A DNA stretch of 33,379 nt from Octopus bimaculoides (taxonomy: Eukaryota). The notes beneath the pieces are model-generated. The model had not been told where the DNA came from, did not search any database, and saw only the letters and a program-made list of their open reading frames with translations. Where the stretch lies: contig NC_068994.1 of NCBI RefSeq assembly GCF_001194135.2, positions 26,903,020 through 26,936,398 of the forward strand. The letters run 5' to 3'. Made by a program: the position numbers and the translations under genes. Positions 19,390-30,387 of this stretch are shown here, one piece after another. Each line of letters begins with the position of its first letter. Positions within the stretch are counted from its first letter, which is position 1.

Positions 19390-20000
19390 TGTATTGCTAC
19401 ATCATCTTCACCACCACCGCCACAACTGCACCCATCACAACATACACTACATCACTACCACTTGCCATTATTGCCGGCTCCACCATTTCCACACTATCAC
19501 TTGCCATCATGTTCAGTACTACCACCACTACCACTATCATCATCATCACCTCAGCTTTCACCACCATCATTACCTTTAAAACCACTTTAACCACCCCTAA
19601 ACACACTCCTACACCATCACTACTAGCACCACCATGGTAATAGTAGCAGTGTTCTAAGGACACTGCTACTACCACCATCACCATTTTTATCACCAAGACC
19701 ACAATCACCACTATTACTGCTTCCAACAACTTTAAAACCACTATCACCAGCCTCAAACTACATCCTCCACCATCATTAACATCACCTGGAACCATTACCC
19801 CCATCACAATCACATCTCCAGTACCTCTACCACCACCATTATTATCCACACTATCATCATACCAACATCTTCCCCACAACTACATCAACACCAACAGCAG
19901 CAGAACCACCACCATCACTATTACCAACACTATCATCGCTAGCATCACCACTACTATCACGAAGACCACAGCTGCCACCTCCATCACCACTGCCTGTCTC
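19390..20000. repeat. Long degenerate (ACC/ATC/ACT)n tract
   Basis: Trinucleotide periodicity; gives Thr/His/Val-rich pseudo-ORFs. Confidence 0.85.
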
Positions 20001-20764
20001 AATAATTTGCTAGGTTTGACAAGCTTCCTCCACTGGTCCACATCACTTCATTTCTGATTATTACATTTAAACATGGTGACAGGCAGATAGAGTGGAGAGA
20101 CATTACTAATGGAACTTACCTGCCATACCATGTTTTACTTCAACAACAACAGCAGCAATATTGCTGCTAGCACTACCACCTGCCTATTCTCCCTCTAAAC
20201 TACCATATCAGTTTTATATTATCAAGTTGCTAGAGTCTGCAAAATTGCTGACCTTTCCCCAGCAGTTGATTAATCAGAAGTTTGGATTTCATTTCTGGTA
20301 ATTTCTTTTATAAATTGTTCTGATGCTTATAGACCAGATAGTTTTAAATGGGCACCATGTAGTAGGTACAATCCATCTAGTTCTAGATAGGTACTATGTG
20401 CATGCAGGCAGAGCTCCATGGTGAAGATAGTTTAATACTTCTGTGTTTCACTTGGAGCAGGTGTTACAAAAACGAAATATATATATATTGAATGGTAGCT
20501 GGTAGCTTACTAGTATATTCCATCTTCAAGCTTTCATTTAGCACATATGTATATATATATATTGGCAGCTAAGCCCAGTTTCACCTGGTCTGTTTGAATG
20601 ATGTGGCTGTGATCGTTTTTGGTTAGGCATTATCTATAAGAGCGTTTCTCAACTTTATCATTTCGAGTCCCCTGTTTTGATTGGAGCATCCAGCTGTTTG
20701 AAAATTTCCTGACCCCCACCCCCACCTCTTCTTAGAAAACAACTTCAGGAGTTGTGAAGAACGA

Positions 20765-20952
20765 ATTTGTACATAGTCTGTGTTTGAGAGCTATTCTATT
20801 GGACCTCTCTCTAATCATTAAAACATTGATTTAATTATGAACATAGAAAGAAATTATACATTAATCCCTATTTTTGTAAGCAGCTGTATCCGTAAAAATG
20901 TTATTTGCAGAGAGCAGAAATTGAAAGAAGATATCTGAAATAGAAGTGTGTG

Positions 20953-20986
<34 letters not shown>

Positions 20987-21348
20987 TGTGTGCTTGCGCA
21001 TGTATGTGAGAGAGAAAGAGGGTGAGAAAGAGAGATAGAGTGAGTTAGTGAAGGTGTGTGTCGTGATGATTGACGTATTTGTACGTAGTCTGTTTCTGAG
21101 AGCTATTCTATTGTACATCTGTCTAATCATTAAAACATTGATTTAATGATGAACATAGAAAGAAATTATACATTAATCCCTATTTTTGTAAGCAGTTGTA
21201 TCCGTAAAAATGTTATTTGCAGAGAGCAGAAATTGAAAGAAGATATATGAAATGGACGTGTGTATGTACGTGCGTGCTTGTGCATATGTATATGAGAGAG
21301 AAAGAGAGATAGAGTGAGTGAGTAAAGGTGTGTGTCGTGATGATTGAC
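20765..21348. repeat. Tandem duplication, 2 units (~312 and ~272 bp)
   Basis: Units 20765-21076 and 21077-21348 share long identical blocks and differ mainly in internal (TG)n/(AG)n lengths. Confidence 0.9.
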
Positions 21349-21544
21349 ATCTTTTAAGGTACACACACATACATAGAAAATGTGAGGTCATTGTATAAAA
21401 TCTTTACGATAGTTGATTTATGGAAAAGATTATGTTAAATTTTTGAAATGCAAATATGTGAATGAAAATTAAGTTCAGAACTCTACATGGTAGAAACAGC
21501 AGCCAAATCTCCCTCAAAACACCCTACTACTGTCTTAAACCGAC

Positions 21545-21940
21545 AATTCTGTCTTTTATGTAGTTTGAATGAGAAACTGTAACTAAAGATAAAGATTATT
21601 AACCCCACAAAGAGGTGAAAGAAGAGAGACAGCATAGCGAAAGTTTTAGCTGACTGTCATCCTGTACTCCCCTTGTTGCTAGCGAAATGGTATATGCCGG
21701 CTGTGTGAGCAACTGGTTGTTTTAATCAGAACAAACGAGAATTCCATTAGAAAAAAGTTTTAATCGATTTTCTCGGTAACTATGGGGGCTAGGAAAAAAA
21801 TACAAACCGCATTCTAATCTATGCACCCATCTCCACGTGTGCCATTTTTCACGCGAATCCACCTAGCCGTTTGGCTGTGAACCTCAAGACAAGAAAGAAT
21901 ACAATGATCGCCCATGTCCAATTCATATTATAGATATATA
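21545..21940 (+). mobile_element. Possible non-autonomous Helitron-like element (3' part)
   Basis: Ending TTTTCACGCGAATCCACCTAGCCGTTTGGCTGTGAA...TATTATAGAT resembles tails of invertebrate non-autonomous Helitron-like repeats; recall only. Confidence 0.3.
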
Positions 21941-21945
21941 ATCAA

Positions 21946-23640
21946 CATCATCATCATCGTTTAACGTCTGTTTTCCATGCTAGCATGGGTTGGACTGTTC
22001 GACTGGGGTCTGGGAAGCCAGGAGGCTGCACCAGGCTCCAGTCTGATCTGGCAATGTTTCTACAGCTGGATGCCCTTCCTAACTCTAACCACTCTGTGAG
22101 TGTAGTGGGTGCTTTTTACGTGCCACCAGCACAGGGGCCAGAAGAGGCTTGCAATGGCCATGACCGGTTGGTGCTTGTAAGCCAGTCAAGGCAACGCTGG
22201 CATCAGCCAAATTTGGATGTTGCTTTTTACATGCCACCAGCACGGGTATCACAACTACAACTTCCATTTGATTTTCATTTTGATGTTGATGTACTTGATT
22301 CAATAGGTCTCCTCAAGCACAGCAGGTCACCCTACGATCCAAGGTACTTTTGAATAGGCTAGGGCTGGATATGCAAAACTGCTGTAAGATATAGCCATGA
22401 ACTCACTTTATTTGCCGGGTCTTCACAGTCACAGCATATCTCCAGAGGTCTCGGTCTTTCATCATTGCCTCTGTGAGGCCCAACATTCGAAGATCATGCT
22501 TCACCACCTTATCCGATGTCTTCCTGGGTCTACCTCTACCCCAGATTTCTTCAACTGTTTGGGTGTGGCACTTTTTCACACAGCTCTCCTCATCCATCTG
22601 TAGTACATGACCATATCAGTGCAAACGTCTCTCTTGCACACCACATATGATGCTTACATTCTGTCGTGTGTGCACACTGACATTACACATCCAACGGATC
22701 ATGCTAGCTTCCTTTCTTTTGAGCCTACGCATGTCCTCCGTCCATGTTTCACAGCCGTGAAGCATGGCAATTCACACATATGCATTGTACAATCTACCTT
22801 TCACTCTGAGTGAGAGGCCCTTTGTCCCCAGTAGGGGTAGAAGCTTTCTAAACTTTGCCCAAGCTATTCTTATTCTAGTGGTAACACTCTCTGAACATCC
22901 ACCCCCACTACTAACTTGGTCACCTAGGTAGCAGAAGCTATCAACTACTTCTAGTTTCTTCCCCTGGAGTGTGATAAAATCTGTTTGCTGAGCGTCTGTG
23001 GTGTTTATTGCCCTTGTGCATCTGCCGCACATGAAATCCATCTTCTTAGTTAATCTTCCTTTGATGTTGCTGCACCTCTTATGTGTCCATAGCTTACACT
23101 GGGTACATCTTATGGAGTTTCTACCTTCACCTTTTCTACAGATCAAGCAGGGCCACTGTGATGAGTTCATCTTCCTACTTACTAGAACTTTGGTTTTTGC
23201 CACTCGTCTCTGAAGTAGCCTGTAGAAGGGTATCATAAAAATGGTCCTTCTGATCATTTGGTAGGCCCACTTGTGGGGCATAGGCAGAGATAATTGTAGC
23301 TGTGCTGTTCTGCAGGACTAGCCTGAGCTTAAGCACTCTATTGCATACCCTGACAACCTCCATGACTTTATCTACCCATTTCTCCACAAGGAGTATGCCT
23401 ACACCCCCACCCCATCCATGTTACCTTGCCAGAAGATTTTATACCTATGTGCCTTGCCTGTGAGGATCCTAGCTGAAGCTCCTCTCCATCTTACTTCTTG
23501 TATGCAGCATACATCGACATGTCACCTTTCAAGCATCTCTGCAATCTCACTAGACCTCCCTTTCAGTTTGCCTACATTGACTGTGTAAACTCTGAAAACC
23601 GGGAAATGAATGTGGGGTGAGGCTTGGGAATGTTATTCAG
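21946..23640 (-). mobile_element. RTE-clade LINE, internally deleted (APE start fused to RT C-terminus), with 3' UTR and (GAT)n tail
   Basis: APE: VYTVNVGKLKGRS, VCCIQEVRWRG, IISAYAPQVGL. C-terminus: KTKVLV, VVDSFCYLG, IAWAKFRKLLP, GHVLQMDEE, RGRPRKT, DRDLWRYAV; stop at 22403. UTR ends CATGGAAAACAGACGTTAAACGATGATG. Confidence 0.9.
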
Positions 23641-23655
23641 TGTTAATTTTTATAT

Positions 23656-23763
23656 CAGACTGGAGCCTGGTGTTGCCATCCGGTTTCACCAGTCCTCAGT
23701 CAAATCGTCCAACCCATGCTAGCATGGAAAGCGGACGTTAAACGATGATGATGATGATGATGA
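23656..23763 (+). mobile_element. RTE-type 3' tail (second subfamily)
   Basis: CCATGCTAGCATGGAAAGCGGACGTTAAACGATGATGATG; near-identical to the reverse complement of 28460-28570. Confidence 0.85.
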
Positions 23764-24794
23764 NNNNNNNNNNNNNNNNNNNNNNNNNNNNNNNNNNNNN
23801 NNNNNNNNNNNNNNNNNNNNNNNNNNNNNNNNNNNNNNNNNNNNNNNNNNNNNNNNNNNNNNNNNNNNNNNNNNNNNNNNNNNNNNNNNNNNNNNNNNNN
23901 NNNNNNNNNNNNNNNNNNNNNNNNNNNNNNNNNNNNNNNNNNNNNNNNNNNNNNNNNNNNNNNNNNNNNNNNNNNNNNNNNNNNNNNNNNNNNNNNNNNN
24001 NNNNNNNNNNNNNNNNNNNNNNNNNNNNNNNNNNNNNNNNNNNNNNNNNNNNNNNNNNNNNNNNNNNNNNNNNNNNNNNNNNNNNNNNNNNNNNNNNNNN
24101 NNNNNNNNNNNNNNNNNNNNNNNNNNNNNNNNNNNNNNNNNNNNNNNNNNNNNNNNNNNNNNNNNNNNNNNNNNNNNNNNNNNNNNNNNNNNNNNNNNNN
24201 NNNNNNNNNNNNNNNNNNNNNNNNNNNNNNNNNNNNNNNNNNNNNNNNNNNNNNNNNNNNNNNNNNNNNNNNNNNNNNNNNNNNNNNNNNNNNNNNNNNN
24301 NNNNNNNNNNNNNNNNNNNNNNNNNNNNNNNNNNNNNNNNNNNNNNNNNNNNNNNNNNNNNNNNNNNNNNNNNNNNNNNNNNNNNNNNNNNNNNNNNNNN
24401 NNNNNNNNNNNNNNNNNNNNNNNNNNNNNNNNNNNNNNNNNNNNNNNNNNNNNNNNNNNNNNNNNNNNNNNNNNNNNNNNNNNNNNNNNNNNNNNNNNNN
24501 NNNNNNNNNNNNNNNNNNNNNNNNNNNNNNNNNNNNNNNNNNNNNNNNNNNNTCTACGATTACTTAGGTGAGCAATTCTACTGTATTTCATCTAAAGGGT
24601 AAATCCTAGGTTTGCTTCACTGGATTATAAATATTTTACCAAGTGTATATCCAAGACAATTACATTGAATACAGAGATGAGTTCATCTGCATATTTTATT
24701 TTTACAATCAATTTTAGACGATATTTGATTTAAATGTGACTGATGCACATTTCTGCTGCATAGACAGTAAATTGCACTTGCATCCAGTTACTTT

Positions 24795-24895
24795 CGACTA
24801 GGCTTGCAAAGTATAAATCCTGGGGTCGATTTGTTTGACTAAAGGTGGTGCTCCAGCATAGCTGCAGTCACATGACTGAAACAAGTAAAGCAATA
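24795..24895 (+). mobile_element. SINE 3' end fragment
   Basis: TCCTGGGGTCGATTTGTTTGACTAAAGGTGGTGCTCCAGCAT..CTGCAGTCACATGACTGAAACAAGTAAA. Confidence 0.8.
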
Positions 24896-25000
24896 AACAA
24901 GTATGCCATTTTAATCTCGAGCAACAGCAGGTATCTCTACTAGTATATATATATATATATGAGTGTTTGTGTGTATATTTATACTTTTGCCTAAAAAAAT

Positions 25001-25070
25001 CTTTTATCTTTTGTTTCAGTCATTAGGCTGCAACCATGCTGGAGCACATCCTTGAAAAGTATTAGTTGGA
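25001..25070 (-). mobile_element. SINE 3' end fragment
   Basis: Reverse complement of GTGCTCCAGCATGGTTGCAGCCTAATGACTGAAACAAAAGATAAAAGA. Confidence 0.7.
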
Positions 25071-25489
25071 GAAAAACAAATACATGATCCATAGAGCTGA
25101 TTTATTCATTTGGCAATTTGGTTGATTTTTTTCTCTCACATCAAGCTTAATATCCAGAGTAATTCCTTTATGGTTCTTTTTCACACTGCTACCTTCTGTT
25201 CCACTTGATGGCTTCATTCCAGATGTCTTGAACTATAGGTAAATCCAAGAGTGGCAGTGATCAACAAGAAAGGAAATAAATATATAGTAAAAAAAATATC
25301 ATCAGGAAAGAACCATTTTGTGAGAGTAAAATATTGTAAGATGTAAGATGAATAGATACAATCTGAAGGATTAAGGTGGGAGAAAGTGTTATATGGTTAC
25401 AGTTGAAGGGTTATCAAGTTCATGGTCACTTTGTCACTTGCATCTCTGTCTTATGCCATAAAAACTCTACACTCTGTTCATATATGCAT

Positions 25490-25530
<41 letters not shown>

Positions 25531-26919
25531 CATTCATTCATTCATACATACACGCACACACTGCCATATTGATATACAACATATGTTGCTACAGAAATTG
25601 CCACCATGCTGTCAATTGATTATTCAACTGTTGGTGGGTTCCTAGTGGTGTTTGTTCTATTGGTTTTAGTGTTGGTGGTGGCGGTGCATTGTTGTTTGGC
25701 CGATGTCATTTTATTCTCGTTAATTGTTTTATTTGCATAAGTCAATTTTCATTAAACTAAGATAAAAGACGTTTCATTCAATATTTAAATTACACTAGTG
25801 CACCATATTGTCCCATATCATTGACTTTTATTTTAGATGGAGATGCTGATTTTGTTCATACTGTTGTCGTTGTTGTTGAGGAGGAGTTGGTGAGTTAGTG
25901 ATGACAGTAGTTGTATTGGTTTTGGCGTTGATTCTGGTTATCTGAGTTGATGATATATAGTGGTGGTGGTGGAAGTTGATTTATACAGACAGACAACCAG
26001 ACAGATAGNNNNNNNNNNNNNNNNNNNNNNNNNNNNNNNNNNNNNNNNNNNNNNNNNNNNNNNNNNNNNNNNNNNNNNNNNNNNNNNNNNNNNNNNNNNN
26101 NNNNNNNNNNNNNNNNNNNNNNNNNNNNNNNNNNNNNNNNNNNNNNNNNNNNNNNNNNNNNNNNNNNNNNNNNNNNNNNNNNNNNNNNNNNNNNNNNNNN
26201 NNNNNNNNNNNNNNNNNNNNNNNNNNNNNNNNNNNNNNNNNNNNNNNNNNNNNNNNNNNNNNNNNNNNNNNNNNNNNNNNNNNNNNNNNNNNNNNNNNNN
26301 NNNNNNNNNNNNNNNNNNNNNNNNNNNNNNNNNNNAAAATATACATGAACACTCAAATATTCTCAGTGAAAATTTTTACCTCACATTCAGTATTTATAGT
26401 GATGCATACACAAATTCTTGCATACGCACACATATAATGAATATTTGTGTGTGTGAGAGTGTATCATGATTATAAATTTTTGAATTGTTTACTTTGCTTT
26501 GATCTTAGCTAAAAAAAAGATAGGAGGCAGCCTCTTGACAAAGAAGAAATTGTAGTTTTTAAATTCTTAAAATCTATCTAAGTTTCTGTAAGAGTAAAAT
26601 TAAAGGCCATATCCCAAAACTAATGGTCATACTTTGCAAATTACTATGAGTGTGAAATTCCATAACTTGCAGTAGCCATAATTCTGGTGATGGCTGTGTG
26701 TGTATATATATGTGTCCTCCTCATGTATAATAACAGTAATAATTGACTCATTGGTGTGCCTGTATAGACATTTGTGTATGCACATTTAAATGTACATATA
26801 TGTATTTATGTTTATTTATGTATATCTATATATGTTAAAGTATGCATATATATGTGAGTTTTTATGGTTTTTATATTTTTATATTTGGATATTTTAAATT
26901 AACCTTATGAACTTTATAA

Positions 26920-27055
26920 AATCTCTGAAGAGGCCTAGAGAATCATCCATGTACCTCTATTTCATTTATTTCATCTATTAATTACTTCAGCCTACTGGAG
27001 TTATATAGATAGAATGAGGCATGTCACCTCTAGACTGAAACAACTGTAAGTCATT
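26920..27055 (+). ncRNA. Hammerhead ribozyme fold with ~100-nt extended stem II (decayed)
   Basis: CTGAAGA 26925-31; GGCCTAGAG/CTCTAGACT stem II base; GAAA 27037-40; C(AACT)G; GTA 27046-48; stem I only 2 clear bp. Confidence 0.55.
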
Positions 27056-27234
27056 ATCCCATTTTCTGTCACTAGATGTCTTTTTTTAATTACTGATATG
27101 ACATAATATGTCGTATGTGTTTGTATATTGTTATTATAGTCCTTTTAGTACACAAATAAACAGGTAAATTGACACAATACAATGTCTGCAAGTTGATGAA
27201 TACCACCTATTAATCCCCTCCATTTTCTTATTGC

Positions 27235-27261
<27 letters not shown>

Positions 27262-27265
<4 letters not shown>

Positions 27266-27996
27266 GATTTATCTACCAGGGATCTGTCTATTCGGATAGC
27301 TGGTCCCTCTACTGGGTCAACATTTGGCAGGCTCTCCTTCCCCCATTCATTCTCTACGTTCAGCTGTCTTTCGTAATGGCTTCTCCAAGCTTCTTTCTTT
27401 GCAGAATCATTAAAAGCAAGTGCACCATCATCCATGCGGACACATTTCTCTCCTGTGACATCACAATTTTCTCTCACACACTGTCTTACAATCTGAAATA
27501 CTTCAGTTCTTTGGTCCTCATGTTACTGGACATTGGCAAACTTCTTTTCTGCTTCACCCTTGGTTACGTATACCAGCTGCCCAGCCTTCCTTTTGGCTAC
27601 CTGGTACAGTTCCCTGCTACCCCCACCTTTCCCGGCTTTCCAGGCCTGTTTCTTTGCTCTAATGGCTTTGTCTACCATACTATTCCACCACCACGTAACT
27701 CTAGGTCTGGAAGGGACTTTGCACCATCCACAGACTTCGTCTGTGGCACTCAGCAAGCTGTCCCGTTGGAATTTCCAGCTACCTTCAATGTCCGATATCT
27801 GTAGCTCCTCCTCCCTCTCATCAAATTTCTTGATGAGGAGGTCCCTAAATTTCTGACCATGTGAAGGGTTCTTTAGCTTCCAAATCCTTCTTTTTTTTGG
27901 ATTGGTCTGCTTCTTGGTATTCTTCTGGCCATGAGCCCAAATGACTAACGACTAGACTATGCTGGGGGTTACATTCTTCACCCAGGAAGGTCTGGC
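27262..27996 (-). mobile_element. RTE LINE internal fragment (end of APE and APE-RT linker)
   Basis: TFLGEECNPQHSLVVS, WKLK, ATDEVCGWCK..RVTWWWNSMVDKAIRAKKQAWK, KKEAWRSHYERQLNVENEW. Confidence 0.9.
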
Positions 27997-28249
27997 TTCT
28001 GTGCTGGTGGCATGTAAAAAGCACCAACTGATCATGGGCGTTGTCAGCCTCCTCTGGCCACTGTGCTGGTGGCACATAAAAAGCACCCACTACACTCATG
28101 GAGTGGTTGGCGTTAGGAAAGGCATCCAGCTGTAGAAACACTGCCAGATCACACCGGAGCCTGGTGCAGCCTCCTGGCTTCCTAGACCTCAGTCGAACCA
28201 TCCAACCCATGCTAGCATGGAAAACGGATGTCAAACGATGATGATGATG
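27997..28249 (+). mobile_element. RTE 3' UTR and (GAT)n tail
   Basis: GTGCTGGTGGCA..TAAAAAGCACC repeats, GGCGTTAGGAAAGGCATCCAGC, CATGGAAAACGGATGTCAAACGATGATG; same subfamily as 21946-22140. Confidence 0.85.
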
Positions 28250-28269
28250 GTATGTATATATATATATAT

Positions 28270-28452
28270 ATATATGTATGTATATACGATGAGCTTCTTT
28301 CAGATTCCATCTATCAAATCTACTCACAAGGCTTTGGTCAGCCTGAGTCTATAGTTGCAGAGACTTACCCAAGGTGCAATGCAGTGGGATGACTGAACCT
28401 GGAACCATGTGGTTGAGAAGCAAGCCTCTTACCAAACAGCTACTCTTGTGCC
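28270..28452 (-). mobile_element. CORE-type SINE 5' half
   Basis: Minus: GGCACAAGAGTAGCTGTTTGGTAAG...GGTTCAGTC..CCCACTGCATTGCACCTTGGGTAAG...GAAAGAAGCTC. Confidence 0.8.
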
Positions 28453-28459
28453 TATATAT

Positions 28460-28758
28460 CATCATCATCATCATCATCATCATCATCGTTTAACGTCCGC
28501 TTTCCATGCTAGCATGGGTTGGACGATTTGACTGAGGACTGGTGAAACCAGATGGCTACACCAGGCTCCAATCTGATTTGGCAGAGTTTCTATAGCTGGA
28601 TGAGCTGGATGCCCTTCCTAACGCCAACCACTCAGAGAGTGTAGTGGGTGCTTTTACGTGTCACCCGCACGAAGGCCAGTCAGGCGGTACTGGCAACGGC
28701 CACGCTCATCTCGCTCGAGAAACCTTATGTGTCACCCGCACAAGAGCCAGCCCAGGGG

Positions 28759-28760
<2 letters not shown>
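28460..28760 (-). mobile_element. RTE-type 3' UTR/tail (second subfamily)
   Basis: (CAT)n-CGTTTAACGTCCGCTTTCCATGCTAGCATGG...GATGCCCTTCCTAACGCCAACCAC; contains a 9-bp duplication AGCTGGATG. Confidence 0.85.
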
Positions 28761-28796
<36 letters not shown>

Positions 28797-28811
28797 TTTA
28801 TATTTGTGTGC

Positions 28812-29005
28812 TTGTGTGTCTGTGTTTGTTCCCCTACCATCACTTAACAACTGATGTTGGCATGTTTACCTCCCCATAACTTAGCAGGTACAGTTCCATG
28901 GCACAGCTTCTTGGGCAAATGACTTCTACAGTAGCCCTAGGTCAACCAATACTTTGTGAGTGAATTTGGTAGATGGAAACTACATGGAAGCCTGTTGTGT
29001 ATATG
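28812..29005 (+). mobile_element. Rearranged SINE (3'-half segment followed by 5'-half segment)
   Basis: CATCACTTAACAAC...CCCCATAACTTAGCAG joined to GTACAGTTCC...TTGGGCAAATGACTTCTAC...TTTGGTAGATGGAAAC. Confidence 0.6.
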
Positions 29006-29029
29006 TGTGTTTATACACAAACACACACA

Positions 29030-29801
29030 CACAAGGTTAAATTTGACAGTTTGCATAAAAGGAAAAGAAAAGTAAAATATTCCATCCAAAACTAACAGTA
29101 TTTCAGAAAAATAATAAAATTATCAACTTGATTATGGATGAAAGTAGCGGCACTCAACTTCCACCATGGCCTCAAGACAGTTCTAGAACCTGGCACATGT
29201 CCCTGGGAAGGTCTTGTTTGAACTTGGCCTCCAGCTTCACCTTGCTGCTGCACCCAGAATAATTGGAATCCTTCTCAGCTGTGCCCCATACATAGTAATC
29301 TATGGGATTACAATCAGGGAACTTAGGAAGCCAGAAATTGGGGCTGGTGAAGTCATAGAAATTCTCCACCAACCACTTCTGACTTTTTTCTAGAAATATG
29401 GTAAAGGCAAAATCCTGCTGCTACACATGACCTTCCAGCAGTAGCCCACTTCAGCCAGTGTTGAACCACAGTCTCCAGCAGCTCCACATAGATGTCTGAA
29501 TTGAGCCTAAGGTCCTGTTCATCAGTTGTTGGATGAACTGCGGCATGTAGATACAGTGCGAGTGCCTGCTGTGTCTTTTCATGCTGACCACAGCTTCATA
29601 ATCTCCATTGCAGCTGTCTATGTCATGTCTTACAGCCTTTACAGTGTTCAGAGAGCATTGAGCAGCAGTCACGATGCCAGCATTTTGATATCTGGTGTGA
29701 ATCTTCAAGATGCAAGTAATTCTTTTCCAATATTCAAATGATTTCTCGTCCTTCATGTCAGCTAACCTTTTCTCAACTATAACTTTATTCTCTCCAACCA
29801 T
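29030..29801 (-). mobile_element. Tc1/mariner-superfamily DD37D (maT-like) transposase remnant, internally deleted
   Basis: QQD-x37-D in QQDFAF...WLPKFPDCNPIDYYVWG; N-terminal HTH-like region at 29530-29740; ends not resolved. Confidence 0.75.
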
Positions 29802-30387
29802 TGACTGTTCACCAATACATCAAGTTCTTTCTGAAAAAGGAGGCATAAAAAAATCATCAAATTTATAGCCTGAACGCCACATAAGTTATGTGCGTGCATG
29901 CATGTCTCTGTCCTGGGTTTGACTTTAAACTGCATCTGGTAGTGGGACTCTGGTATGGGAGTTCCAGGGTGTTGAGGAATGTGGAACCACCTCATAGCCA
30001 CTATTGTTCCCAAGTCTACTCTGACCTAGAGTATCAGCACCTGCTAGGGTCCCAACTATGGATTAAATTGCATGTGATCTACTGGGAGTGAAGGACCCCT
30101 AGTTCTCATTAGAACTTCCTTCTAGGAGAAGGTGAATTTGCATTAAAAAAAAAAACTGAAGTGCAGCTGGTTTCTGGTTATCTCAAATTTTGTTGTGTTG
30201 GTTTTACAGCTGATTCTGCTGGAAAGCGTGTTCACTGCAGTGCAACACTTTATCCACTCAAAACAAATTCATGTACAGGAACTTCTTGGACTCTTGTAAT
30301 GCTTGAATTTAAGAAATTTAGGACTTGCTGAATTTAGGAAATGGTCTTACTTGGTCACGAGTTGACTTCCCCATGTATGTATGCTTA

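Noticed and set aside
20114-20180. Perfect minus-strand donor CAG|GTAAGT with a short open upstream frame (also possible small exons near 3927, 5610, 8389)
   Set aside because: Splice-like words are frequent in AT-rich DNA; no recognisable protein and no consistent exon chain.
23665-23702. CTGAGGA-CTGGT-GAAAC in RTE tails (also ~28530)
   Set aside because: No stem II pairing and no NUH with stem I/III; coincidental.
4468-26469. Long ORFs in the supplied track spanning N runs or made of HT/CV/YI/LS repeats
   Set aside because: Artefacts of assembly gaps and di-/trinucleotide microsatellites; no coding evidence.
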